This document shows positions 14,108 through 27,213 of a DNA stretch of 64,000 nt, piece after piece. The position numbers and the translations under genes were made by a program. The DNA is from Octopus vulgaris (lineage: Eukaryota): assembly GCA_951406725.2 (NCBI GenBank), contig OX597822.1, positions 33,666,001-33,730,000 of the forward strand, given 5' to 3'. Each line of letters begins with the position of its first letter. The first letter of the stretch is position 1. The notes under the pieces are model-generated. The model saw only the letters and a program-made list of their open reading frames with translations. It had not been told where the DNA came from and searched no databases.

Positions 14108-14322
14108 TAAGGGGTTGCTGAAAAGTTCCTGGCTCTAAAGGTAGCATGGAAAGCCTGGCTGGAGGCCCAAACTTCCGGGTTCTTTTGGAGGAATTAGAAA
14201 AACTGAAGGAGCACTGCAGCAAGTGTGTGAATCTGAGAGAGGAATATGTTAAATAAAATCATAATTACCTGATCCTTCTGTATCTTTTCACCCAAAGCCA
14301 AGAACTTTCCAGAACCCCGTCA
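14108..14322 (+). mobile_element. Mariner-derived MITE
   Basis: TIRs GGGGTTGCTGAAAAGTTCCTGGCT / AGCCAAGAACTTTCCAGAACCCC with TA flanks. The interior retains the transposase C-terminus (GIRKL..KC..LRGEYV-like). Confidence 0.7.
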
Positions 14323-14376
14323 TATATAGTAATTATCTCTTTATCATAGCCTAGTAAAAAAGCTGGTAAGTTGTTG

Positions 14377-14408
<32 letters not shown>

Positions 14409-14782
14409 GGTGGTGGTGTTACTGCTGTTGTTATTGTTTGGTCTCATGTCCATATTGACTGCGCAGACTTATGATCAAAGACATTCTAGCTATGACCATC
14501 CTGAGTGTTTTCCCAGACAGTGCACCCATAACCACCTTATCTAGACTGTCCTTTTTGCTTAAGATTATAAAATGTGATCTCAAGAAGATTTGGCTGCTAT
14601 TTCTAGCAGGTTGAGCGACCACATAGATTCCCTCTCCCGCTTGATAAAATAAGATTAACTGTCTGATGCGGCCTTCTCCAATATGCTATAAAGTGTGATT
14701 TGAAAATTTGTCAGCTATTTTTAGCAGACTACTGTAACCATATATGGGCACACTGTCTCCTTCTTTCACTCTCTCTCACTCA

Positions 14783-14833
<51 letters not shown>

Positions 14834-15404
14834 CCCTCTCTCTCTGTCTACCTATTCCCCTTCTCTCTCTCTCCCCTTGACTCTCAGTAAAATAAGTTTA
14901 ACTGGGTCCAAAGTGTCCTTTCCTAGGATGCTAAAATGTGATCTGAGAAAGATTTGGCTGTTCTTTTTAGCAAGCTAATGCAACTACTTAGTGGCTCTCA
15001 CTGGCTCAATAAAATATACTTCACTGGGTCCAATACATACTTCTACTTCTTTACTAAAATGCTTAATTGGGAATTGAGGAAGAATTGGCTGCTATTTTCT
15101 ATATCTAGCAGTTTAATACAACCATATATAGTCACTCACTCATTGGTTTGATAAAATACATTTAACTAAGTTCAATGTGTCCTTTTTCTATGGTGTTGAA
15201 GTGAGATTTAACCCTTTAGCATTTAAACAGGCCATATTCTGGCTCCAAAATATTCTACTTATTTGTGTTCAAACTGGCCAGATCAAGCCTCTCACACCTA
15301 CCCTACATTGCCACTCAAGAAATAAACAATCACACCATCGAAATCCCTATGCTACAAGACAAGGCCTGATTAATTCAAAATAATGCACAGGAGTAGATGT
15401 GTGG

Positions 15405-15790
15405 TAAATAGCTTGCTTACCAATCACATGGTTCCAAGTTCAGTCCCACTGCGTGGCACCTTGGGCAAGTGCCTTCTACTAAAGCCTCGAGCCAACCAAA
15501 GATTTGTGAATGAATTAGGTCAACAGAAACTGAAAAGAAGCCCGTCGTATAAATGTATGTATATATATGTATGTGTGTGTGTGTCTGTGTTTGTTCTCCC
15601 CAACATCGCTTGACGACCGATGCTGGTGTGTTTACGTCCCCGTAACATTAGCAGTTCAGCAAAAGAGACCGATAGAATAAGTACTAGGCTTACAAAGAAT
15701 AAGTCCTAGAGTCAATTTGCCCGACTAAAGGCGGTGCTCCAGCATGACCACAGTCAGATGATTGAAACAAATAAAAGAGTAAAAAGAGAG
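15405..15790 (+). mobile_element. SINE family B (~400 bp, tRNA-like head, internal (TA)n/(TG)n, AAAAGAGT tail)
   Basis: TGTGGTAA..GTTCAGTCCCACTGCGTGGCACCTTGGGCAAG..AAACTGAAAGAAGCCC-microsatellite-..GGCGGTGCTCCAGCATG..GAAACAA.TAAAAGAG. Also at about 10480-10820 (+), 18884-19390 (+), 30335-30745 (-), 36945-37335 (-) and 48150-48545 (-). Confidence 0.85.
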
Positions 15791-16307
15791 TATGCATAAG
15801 CATTAAGTTTGACAGATTAATCTGAACACTAAAGGGTTAAGGAAGATTTGGTTGTTATTTCTAACAGGTCAAGCAGCCCTGGTTCAATAAAATAAGGTTG
15901 AGTCCAATGTATCCACCACAAGGTCCAGTCATAGTTGTAGTATGGTGGATTGAGACCCTAAATGAACTTGAGAGTACAAGCTCCTGATAGGACCTCCCAT
16001 GCTGGGTAGGTCGAAATATAGAAGCCAAACTAATATAGACTACCCTGTCCTAGAGGTAAAAATGGGTTTGCATAGGGTCACCATCATTACCTAGATAAAA
16101 AAGCTAAGGTACATTGATGATATTTCATATCCTACAAGACATTGGTAGGAAAGTTTTCCTTCGGGGACAAAACTGAAAAGACAGTCCCAGAGCTAAAAAC
16201 AGTGAAGTAACATTGAAAACGGCCTATGCTCAATAGGGAATGAAGAGCTAAAGTAAGTAAATCAAATGTATCCTTATTTTAAGATTCTAAAGTGAGAGAT
16301 GAGGACG

Positions 16308-16451
16308 ATTTGGTTGCTATTTCTAGCAATTTGAATGACTATGTAAGCACTGTCTTATTGGCTCATTTAGCGACGCTGGATTTGGTTGCTATTTCTAGCA
16401 ATTTGAATGACCATGTAAGCACTGTCTTATTGGCTCATTTAGCGACGCTGG
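16308..16451 (+). repeat. 72-bp tandem duplication
   Basis: GATTTGGTTGCTATTTCTAGCAATTTGAATGAC(T/C)ATGTAAGCACTG..CGACGCTG occurs twice, with one mismatch. Confidence 0.9.
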
Positions 16452-16992
16452 ATGGCGACCGCAGCAGAAGCAGGGAAAGTGGACTCAGTGAGAGCAACAA
16501 CAGTTGAGAAAGCATTGATTGTGTTTACAAAGGAAAAAGAGAATAGTCAGCTAGTTCATAAGATCAGGAACTTTTGTAGAACTGAAGCATAATAATAGAG
16601 GAAGGCAGCATTTTTGGCAGCAGACCAAATGTTATTTATATAGAGTGTTAGGCCATGAAAATTCCGACAATTGGATGGTCCACCATTGTTTTGCTTCCGG
16701 TTTGTTGTCTGTCCTTTTTGTTTTTTATTTTGCTTTCTTTGGTTTTTTTTAGTAAACTATTTGCCGTTGAGCAGTTTATTATCAACTCAGAGATCTTGTG
16801 TTAAGAATGTGAAAATTGTTTGAACTGTTTTTCGCTTAGCATTGAACAGAGAACAGAGACAGGCTTACTAGGATCTCAGTGATGTCCTTCCTTCCTTCCT
16901 TTTATCGCTATTTGTATACACAGCTGACATTTCAGCATGGCAGAAGGATTCTACAAGAATTTCAAATGTCTGCACATACGTGTGTGTGTGTG

Positions 16993-17029
<37 letters not shown>

Positions 17030-17031
<2 letters not shown>

Positions 17032-17710
17032 ATGTGTGCTTATGACTGAGTATGTATGTGTATGTAAGTGTGTGTGTGTATGAATATCAATATACATATA
17101 AATACACACATGCACACACACACACACACGTATATATATATGGTTATATATGTATATAGCTGTATATACATACATATATATATATGGATATATGCATACA
17201 TATATATACATGTATACATATACATTTATAGGTATATTTGCGTGTGTGTGTGCATGTGTGCTTATGACTGAGTGTGTATGTGTATGTAAGTGTGTGTGTG
17301 TATGAATATCAATATACATATAAATACACACATGCACACACACACACACGTATATATATATGGGAATATATGGGTATATAGATGTATATACATACATATA
17401 TATGGATATATGCATGCGTATATATATATACATGTATACATATACATTTATAGGTATATTTGCGTGTGTGTGTGTGTGAGTGTGTGCATGTGTGCTTATG
17501 ACTGAGTGTGTATGTATATGTACGTGTGTGTGTGTGTATGAATATCAATATACATATAAATACACACATGCACACACACACACACACACGTATATATATA
17601 TGGGTATATACGTATATAGATGTATATACATACATATATATGGATATATGCATGCATATATATATATATATATACATGTATACATATACATTTATAGCTA
17701 TATTTGTGTG
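17030..17710 (+). repeat. Higher-order ~220-235-bp tandem repeat built from TA/TG/CA microsatellite mosaic (3 units)
   Basis: The anchor GCTTATGACTGAG..GAATATCAATATACAT recurs at about 17038, 17260 and 17494. Confidence 0.8.
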
Positions 17711-19764
17711 TGTGTGTCAGTGTATATATATATAATGGGTATACATGGGTATATGCATATATATATATATGATATATATACACACATATGGATATATGTA
17801 TGCATATATATATATACATATGTATACATATACATTTATAACTATATATATATGTGTGTGTGTGTGTGGATATATATAAATATGTGGAGATATATATATA
17901 TATGTGTGTGTGTGTGGATATATATAAATATAGACATATGTATATTCATACATACATATATATATTCATATAAATAGTTATACATATACTTATTTATATA
18001 CATATATATGCATGTGCATATATATATGTGTGCATGTGTACATGTGAGTGTACGTGTGTGTGTGTGTGTATCAGTAAAAGGTTATAGATTATTGATAAGT
18101 AAATGCTTGCCTGTTGGATGGATAGACGGATGGATGGATAGACGGATGGATGGCCACTTTTATATTAAATGCACCAGAACAGAAAAACAAGGAAAAAAAA
18201 ATAAAAACAAAAATGGATCTGGTAAACTTATCAAAATAACACACAAAACAAATGATAAAGGCAAAAAAAAAATCAATTTTGTGCAGCAGAACACTAAATT
18301 AATTATACATTTCCAAAATAACAATGAAGAGGAAAACCACAAATACAAAACAAAAAAATATTCGATATAAAAATACATAAATAAAAAGAGAAGAAAACAT
18401 ATGATGGCATTCTCTTTTACAGCTCAGAACATCATAAACACTTCTTTTGAAGGAGCCTTTATGTGGTCACTCAGACTGCTAGAAATGGTAGCCAAATCTC
18501 TCTTAACACTAGAAGTACCAATATTTCTTACTTTTTATCAGGACTTTTAGACTTTTAGACCAGCATTGAAAATCTTTATTTAATACAATTTATTTTAGAT
18601 AGAAGCTATGGCAGAAACGTTAGCACATCTGCCGCTATGTTCTGAGTTCAAATACTGCCGAAGTTGACTTTGTCTTTCATCCTTTCGAGGTCAATTAAAT
18701 AAGAACCAGTTACACACTGGGGTCGATATAATCAACTTAATCCGTTTGTCTGTCTTTGTTTGTCCCCTCTGTGTGTAGCCCCTTGTGGGCAGTAAAGAAA
18801 TAAGATATAAGTTAATGCAGTGAATTTGAAAATATAGTCTGTTAGCTTTTACGTACATACAAAAAGTAAATATATATACACATAGGCACAGGAATGGCTG
18901 TTTGGTAAGCAGCTTGCTTCCTAACTGCATGGTTCCAGGTTCAGTCCCACTGCGTGGCGCCTTGGGCAAGTGTCAACTACTATAGCCTCGGGCCAACTAA
19001 AGATTTGTGAGAGGTTTTGGTAGATAGAAACTGAAAGAAGCCCATCGTATGTATGTGTGTCTGTGTGTGTGTATGTGTGTATGTATGTATGTAGGTAGGT
19101 ATGTGGGTATGTAGGTAGGTAGGTGGGTATGTAGGTATGTATGTATGTATGATGTATGTATGTATGTATGTATGTATGTATTTGTGTTTGTGTCTGTTTG
19201 TCCCATTACCATCGCTTGACAACTGATGTTGCTGTGCTTACGTCCCCGTAACATAACAGTTCAGCAAAAGAAACCGATAGAATAAGTACCAGGGTTACAA
19301 AGAATAAGTCTAGGGTTAGATTTCTTCGGCTAAAAAGGTGGTGCTCCAGCATGGCCACAGTCAAAATGACTAAAACAAGTAAAAGTGTAAAACATGAAAT
19401 GATGCTCATGACTGCACATTCAATATGGTCGTAGGCATTAAAAAGTAAAAGGCAAAAGCGGTCATAAATGACCGCTCAGTACTTCTAGTATTAAGGCAGA
19501 TCCTGGTGACATAAAATATATGGATTTTCTATAAATTTCAATGATGAGTATAGATCTATCCTCATTCATCACAGGGGTTAGGTTCAAAATATCAGTGATA
19601 AACGAATCATCTCAACAAAGTGAAAATTGAATGAATGGTAGATTACTTGACACCAAACTCATGGCCTACAGTAAAGAAACTTCTACCATTGTGTATCTTC
19701 TTGACTATCTCTACCTTTTCCTGCTACAAATACACTTGTTTGTATTGTTTGTTAAGATCAGGTA

Positions 19765-19995
19765 CCTATTTCTTTATTGCCCACAAGGGGCTAAACACAG
19801 AGGGGACAGATAAGGACAGACAAACGGATTAAGTCGATTATATCGACCCCAGTGCGTAACTGGTACTTATTTAATCGACCCCAAAAGGATGAAAGGCAAA
19901 GTCGACCTCGGCAGAATTTGAACTCAGAACGAAGCGGCAGACAAAATACCGCTAAGCACTTCACCCGACATGCTAACGTTTCTGCCAGCTCGCCG
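19765..19995 (-). mobile_element. SINE family A with 15-bp TSD
   Basis: Direct repeat GTTAAGATCAGGTAC on both sides. Confidence 0.85.
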
Positions 19996-20787
19996 TTAAG
20001 ATCAGGTACTTTCATATGCCTCTTATTCCCTGGTCTTGTGTTGATGGTTACGAGTACAGAGCTCCACAGCATGATCACGTAAATGCAGGCGATAGTCAAT
20101 GCATTCTGGTCAAGGGGACACATTTTTTGCTATACAAACAGAATCTTCAACTGATCACTGACCCATGTTATCACAGAACAAACCACAATAAGTGTAACAC
20201 AGTTCATGGTTGAGCTTACCCTGTTATCCTGGATCAGTGATAAATGAATCAGTGACAAACAAGGCTATGTATCAGTTGCTTGATCAAAAGAACTAGCTCC
20301 TCATTGAATTAGTGTATATGGCTAAGTATTCCAAAGCACATGTACTCTTAATGTAATGCTCAAGCAGAATCAGTACAGCACAGTTTGATAAGGCTGAGCT
20401 TTTTGATTGTAGGTGTAAATCAAACCCAACACTCACAAGGCTTGCATCTATCTGACACTATAATAAACAAAACTTGTCCAAGATACCATGCTCTGGGATG
20501 GAACCAAGGACCTCATAACAGCAAACAGACGTCTTAACCACTTGACTATGCCAGGTCTGAATATACCTCGATGTCTACCATGCATCCGTCCATTTTCACC
20601 ACCCACTATTCCTGGGAGGGCCATGGGCAGAGAGTCCTGAGGCACTTCCTCTGTAGAGTCCTATTAGAAGCAACATCATTGAACTTTCTAATTAGAGTTC
20701 TAAGCACGACCAGCTGAGACAATGGGTTATGATCCACCCACCCAGCTAAAAGAGACATGTAGAATAAAGTGAATTGTGGTTCCCAGC

Positions 20788-21183
20788 CAGGGCTGTGGAA
20801 TCAAAACAAAAAAACTTCAACTCGAACTCTGACTCTGACTCCTGTGATATTGGCACCTCCGACTCTGACTCTGACTCTGATTCCAACTCTGACTCCAATT
20901 TCAATTCTGACTCTGATTCCAACTCTGACTCCAATTCTGACTCTGACTCCAATTTATGTAATTAAGTGATTGTAATCTACACATCTCATAAAACATATGC
21001 ATATGCTTGTACTTTCAGTGGGCCTATATGTTATAACTGGTTTATATTAAAGAATAAAGACATTGTGAGTCAGAATCAGACTCGGTATAGTTTTACTAAC
21101 TCCAACTCCAACTCCAGCTACCCCTTAATTGTTTCCGACTCCAACTCTGACTCCACAACTCTAACTCTGACTCTACAGCCCTG
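20788..21183. mobile_element. Non-autonomous hAT element with hexamer subterminal repeats
   Basis: TIR CAGGGCTGTGGAATC / GACTCTACAGCCCTG with a perfect 8-bp TSD TTCCCAGC (20780-20787 and 21184-21191). Arrays of GACTCY hexamers lie inside. Confidence 0.85.
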
Positions 21184-23576
21184 TTCCCAGCACATAGAAA
21201 AATTGAAGGATTGGTCCAGTGGCTCCAAGTATTTAAAAATTTAATAAGATATGTGCTGTCACTAGCCATTACATAATTGAAGTGCTCCTAAGACATGTAA
21301 CACAGCTCTTTCCCTTGTTCCTCAGCAACACTCACCTGCAGCACCGTTTTGAAGGATTTAGTCAAACAGATCAACTCCAGTACTCTTTTTGCCAAGCCAC
21401 TAAGTTATGAGAAGGCAAACAAACCAACACCAGTAGTCAAGTAGAGGGTAAAAGGACACACAAACCCATCACACACACCCACGCGTGTGTGTGTGATTGG
21501 TTTGTAGTGGTGAAATATATAGTCAGTACAAAGTGTTGATGTGGCTGCATGTGTGTTACTACAACAGTTCATAAAGAGATCATCATCATCATCGTTTAAT
21601 ATCTGCTTTCCATGCTAGCATGGGCTGGACAATTTGACTGAAGACTGGCTAACCAGATGGCTGCACCAGGCCCCAATCTTGATCTGGCAGAGTTTCTACA
21701 GCTGGATACCCTTCCAAACGCCAACCACTCTGAGAGTGTAAGTGAAGAATAAATTCAAGACTTATATATTTACTACATAAACATATATTTTATTTACTGG
21801 TCGATAATGATACATAGAATCAAAATGTAGAATCTAGTTGAATGAAGTAATCTATGCAAGAAAGTTCAGAGATAGAAAATGTAGAAATAACAGCTAAGTG
21901 GTGGTTTTCAGTCATGTGGCGTTGAAAAATAGACGGACATACCAATGACGTGAATGGCTCTAAGTCTAATTGACTAAGAAGCGAAGAGCAGGATGAGCAA
22001 GCTATTTTTATTAATGGAACACTAGAAGTTCTAGAAATTTCCAAGAGAAATACTAAGCTACTTGAATAATTAAGAATCACGTCTCATGACATAGATGCTT
22101 CGAGAAACTTAGTAAAGGTAGGTTACTCTATAATCTTTCTTGCGAGGGAGATCATTCAACTATTTAGCTACGTAGACCACTACAGGTTCTACATAGTTTC
22201 CGATAACCAAATTCTCTCAAAAGGCATTAGTGAGCCTGGAACTATAATAAAAAACACTTGCCCAAGGAGTTGCACAGTGGGACTGAACCTGAAACCAAAG
22301 CATGGTTCTTAACCACAGAGCCATGCCTACAACCAGGCCCTATAATTGTAATTCTCAGCTGGTATGTCAACTGAAGGCTCAGAAAGCTAAGATGTGTCTG
22401 TTACTATGTGCCAGACAAAAGAGCCAACTTAAATCCTAACTGAAACCCAATGTCGAACAGACAGCCTTCGATCAATGGGAATGCAGTGTATTACCCTTTA
22501 AAATATACATAACTGCAATAATATCATTGTTGAATGATCATTATTCTTGCTGGCAACTATACAAAGTTTGCTTGTGGTACTCAAAAAAAAAAAAAAGAAA
22601 AAATCAATGGAATATCGTTTTTTTCTTCGTCATTTGAGCACCAAATTTTCTATGCCCAAATGGGCCAGATACAATTTGTTGAGGTGAATTTTCTAGAGCT
22701 GGATGCCTTTCCTGTTGCCAACCTTCACCTGTTTCCAAAGGAGGTAATATTTCCCCATGACCAGACATGCTTCCATGTAAGATTAGAAAAGAGCACCACT
22801 TGCATGACGGTCACACTCATTTACAACTGTCATGGGATGTCAGGGCAGGGAGACAGTAACACACATGTACACACACACACAGACATGCACACACACACAC
22901 ACACATATGCATGTGCACATACTCTTTTATTTGTTTCAGCTATTTGACTGTGGCCATGCTGGAGCACCGCCTTTAGTAATGATGATGGTAGTGGTGGTGG
23001 TGGTACTGGCAAATGAAAACTTAATAATAAGATACAAAGAAAATTAATAACACACAAATCCTATAGAAAATATGACAAAAATATCTAATATAGAAACTAC
23101 TAAATATATGAAAAAACCTAAAAAGCTAAAAACAAAAATAAACGACCTCTTACTAATGCATGAAGCTAGCCAAATATTCGATATAACCAAACAACTAAGA
23201 CTACATATTATTACTACAACACACGACCCCACAAACACTGCCAATAATAATAATAATAATAATTCTTTCTGCTATAGGTACAAGGCCTGAAATTTGAAGG
23301 GAGGGGGTAAGTTAATTACATCGACCCCAGTGTGTAACTGGTACTTATTTAATCAACCTTGAAAGGATGAAAGGCAAAGTCAACCTAGGTGGAATTTGAA
23401 CTAAGAACACAGTGGCAGATGATATACCACTAAGTATTTTGCCCAGTGTGCTAACGGTTCTGCCAGCTCGCTGCCTATAACAATAACAATAGTAATAATA
23501 ATAATAATAATAATCCTTTCTTCTATAGGCACAGTTGTAGTAGTAGTAGTAGTAGTAGTAGTGTTGGCAGTGGTAG

Positions 23577-23883
23577 TTCAAATATGAACCTGACAAAGGA
23601 GGTACCTTTGAAGCATACTACAGAAGATACAAGCAAATCTCCGAGAAAACATGTAAAGATTGGGACGACGAGATGAAAATGTGCTTAATCTTGAGAAAAC
23701 CAGCAGCAACAGAACATGAATGATACAGTAATTATGTACTCCCAAGAAAACCGGACGTAAACTTTAATGACAGAACAGATACATTGTGTAAAATTTTTAG
23801 TGAAAAAAGTTCATTGTTCTACACATGTTGGAAGTGTCTGAACATAAAAGAAACCAACGATGAAGACTACATCACATATGCAG
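23577..23883 (+). mobile_element. Ty3/Gypsy (K02A2.6-like) gag fragment
   Basis: FKYEPDKGGTFEAYYRRYKQISEKTCKDWDDEMKMCLILRK...EHE*YSNYVLPRKP...L.KIFSEKSSLFYTCWKCL....EDYITYA matches the Gag N-terminus pattern of invertebrate Gypsy elements; one in-frame stop. Confidence 0.7.
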
Positions 23884-24060
23884 AAGGCCAACATTTTTGG
23901 AGGAGTGGTAAGTCGATTACATTGACCCAGTGCTCAACTGGTGTTTCTTTTATCTTATCGACCCCAAAAGGATGAAAGGCAAAGTTGGCCTTAGCAGAAT
24001 TTGAACTCAGAGCCCTAATAATAATAATAATAATGATAATAATAATAATAATAATAATAA

Positions 24061-24617
24061 ATGCCCTGATGCGGTACCAGGTAGTGGCTCTCATGGCTTC
24101 TGATCTTAACTGATTGGAAGTGTTATCGTGTACATTGTTTTGTCTTGGTATAAAAGATGGGCTGCAGCAAATATTCTGCTCAGTACCACAGATTTGCTTG
24201 TCAGTTGTTTGACCTTAACCAGTTGAGCATGTTCCTTAGTGGCTGACGATATGTGCATCTCTGATCATGAGCAGAAGTAGTGGGGGAGCATCATAGCCAT
24301 GTGTTGAGAGGGATTCTTTGGGGTTTGAATAATTCACCTCTGGAAACATGGGTGGTTCTTTCAACATCCTTAAACAACCCTTATTCAGGGACCTTTTGAG
24401 CGGGATAGGCTACTCGACCAGAAGAAAATTCTAACTGGGACCCCACCTGCCAGGTCATATGCCATTTATCTTGATATGAGAGCAGCATGTCGCGCACATA
24501 TGGTTGTGATGCATGTGTCTAGTGTACCCTTATCAGACGGGTAGTCATGATGGGTATATTGGGCTTTGTATATTTTACCCCAGTGTCACTTTGATGGCAT
24601 GAACTGCTCTCTCACTC
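24061..24617 (+). mobile_element. ~560-bp non-coding interspersed element set in a (TAA)n tract (copy 1)
   Basis: Collinear with 26002-26525 and has (TAA)n on both sides; no TIR or ORF seen. Confidence 0.75.
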
Positions 24618-24850
24618 AATAATAATAATAATAATAATCCTTTCTACTAAAGGCACAAGGCATGAAATTTTGGGGATGGAGACTAGTCAATTTCATCAAC
24701 CCCAATGTTTCACTGGCGCTTAATTTATTAACCCCAAGAGGATGAAAGGCAAAGATGCCCTCAGCAGAATTTGAACTCAGAACATAGTGATGGGTGAAAT
24801 ACCACTAAGCATTTCATCCAGCATGCTAACAATACTGCCAGCTTACTGCC

Positions 24851-24909
<59 letters not shown>

Positions 24910-25132
24910 CTTTTCTACACTAGGCACAAGACCCAAAATTTGTGGGGAGTGGGGGCCAGTTGATTAGATCAATTCCAGTACACAACTGGTACATTATTGA
25001 CCCCAAAAGGATGAAAGGCAAAGTCGACCTTGGTAGAATTTGAACTCAGAACATAAATAATAATAATAATAATAATAAATACAGTCGCAACGGCAGAAGT
25101 GGTGGTGATGGTTGCGGTGGTGGGGGGCAGCG

Positions 25133-25164
<32 letters not shown>

Positions 25165-25825
25165 GTACCGTTTCACCTTGATGGTTCAAATATCTCCTGA
25201 TTGTCGCCCCCGTTACCTAACCAGAACTATATAATACCAAAATAATCAAACAATGAGAGAATTTACAGGAGCTGCAGATCAATAACAAAAAAAAAATAAA
25301 TAAATTTAAAAAAAAGTCAATAACGTCTCCTGAGAATGTGTTAAGTTCAAAGAAAAAGATAATAATCCCAATCAATAACATTATGGTTGAATGATGATAT
25401 GAGAAGTTGGAAATAATTTAACCCCAGAATTCTGGATTCAGAAAATAGATAAATAAATGAACAAATAAAGAACTTGAAGGAACTCAATTAAAAGTATTGA
25501 CTTACAAAATTGACGACAAAAATATGTAAATTTGAACCAATAAGGGCGTGGCTTTGCAGTCATGTAACCTGCTAGAAATAGCAGCGAAACTGCTCTCGAT
25601 TCACACAGTAGTCTTCAGAAAAAGAAACGACACATTAGGTAATGTTGAATCTGAGATATACTCTGTATGAAAAGAATATATATAAAGATAGATTTTTCTG
25701 TCATGTGCCATAACTGGTGCTCTAAAATTATGACATGCAAAAATGATCTCAGAAGAATTTGAACACAGAACATAAAATGCTGGAAGAAATGACAAAGATT
25801 TTTCTCCAATGCATTAACAATTCTA

Positions 25826-25826
25826 C

Positions 25827-25875
<49 letters not shown>

Positions 25876-25939
25876 GGTGGTGGTGGTGGTGGTGGTGGTG
25901 GTGGTGGTGGTGGTGGTGGTGGTGGTGGTGGTGGTGGTG

Positions 25940-25999
<60 letters not shown>
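25826..25999 (+). repeat. Compound (AGT)n(GGT)n(AGT)n microsatellite
   Basis: Read directly from the sequence. Confidence 0.95.
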
Positions 26000-26001
26000 A
26001 T

Positions 26002-26525
26002 TGCCCTAATGCAGTACCAGGCAGTGGCTCTCATGGCTTCTGGTCTTATCTGATTAGAAGTGTTATCATGCACATTGTTTTGTCTTGATATAAAAGATGG
26101 GCTGCAGCAAATATTCTGCTCAGTGCTACAGATTTGCTTGTCGGTTGTTTAACCTTAACCAATTGAGCATGTCTCTTGGTGCATCTCTGACCATGAGCAA
26201 GAGAGGTGGGTGAGCATCACGCCCATGTGTTGAGAGAAATTCTTTGGTGCTTGAATAATTCACCTTTGGAAACATGGGTGTTTTGTTCAACATCCTTAAA
26301 CAGCCCTTATTCAGGAACCTTTTAAGCAGGAAGGGCTACTCAACTAGAAGAAAATTCTAACTGGGCCCCATCTGCAAGGTCATGCACTGTTTATCTTGAC
26401 ATGAGATCACTGTGTTGTGCACATATGGTTGTGATGCATATGCCTGGTGTACCTCTATCAGACAGGTAGTCATGGCGGGTATACTGGGCTTTGTATATTT
26501 TACCCCAGAGTTACTTTGATGGCTC
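26002..26525 (+). mobile_element. Second copy of the ~560-bp (TAA)n-tailed element
   Basis: TGCCCTAATGCAGTACCAGGCAGTGGCTCTCATGGCTTC... is homologous to 24061-24617. An internally deleted third copy lies at about 27318-27421. Confidence 0.75.
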
Positions 26526-26793
26526 AATAATAACAATAATCCTTTCTACTAAAGGCACAAGGCCTGAAATTTGGAGGAGGAGGATAGTTGATTACATTGA
26601 CCCTAGCACTCAACTGGCACTTAATTTATTGACCCCAAAAGGATGAAAGGCAACTTCAGTGGAACATAGCAACAGGAGAAATACCACTAAGCATTTCACC
26701 CAGCGTGCTAACAATTCTGCCAGATCACCAATAATAATAATAATAATAATAATAATGACAATAATAATAATAATGATAATAATAATAATAATG

Positions 26794-26836
<43 letters not shown>

Positions 26837-26843
26837 CAACAAT

Positions 26844-27213
26844 AACAAGAGCACTCAAAGAGTGCAAACCTCCGCCAAGGCAACACCAACATCCTCTCAA
26901 TGATTAGCCGGGGATGATTTTTAAATTGAGAATATCAGAAATAAACTTGACTGCTCTCACAAACAAGAATACTAAAAATGAACATGACTGCTTTCAAAAA
27001 TTACATATAAAAACAGGAAAAATAATTCAGAATTCTTGTCTGGCAATGGATCAATCCCAAAATCTAATCAGTTTGTGCCAGTCACAAGGCCGAACATCCC
27101 TGAAAGTTTCATTCGAATCCATCCAGCGGTTCTTGAGATATCATGTCCACAGACAAACAAACAAACAAGCACAACTGAAAGCAATACCTCCACCTTCACT
27201 AAGGCGGAGTTAA
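26844..27213 (-). mobile_element. Helentron-associated non-autonomous element (HINE/DINE-1-like)
   Basis: Subterminal inverted repeat ACCTCCGCC / GGCGGAGTT, terminal hairpin GCACTC-AAA-GAGTGC, and an internal (CAAA)n tract. Inserted in an AA/TT context. Confidence 0.7.

Noticed and set aside
20746-20969. SD/ES-repeat ORFs resembling bacterial Sdr adhesins
   Set aside because: They are translations of hexamer subterminal repeats of a hAT MITE bounded by TIRs and an 8-bp TSD.
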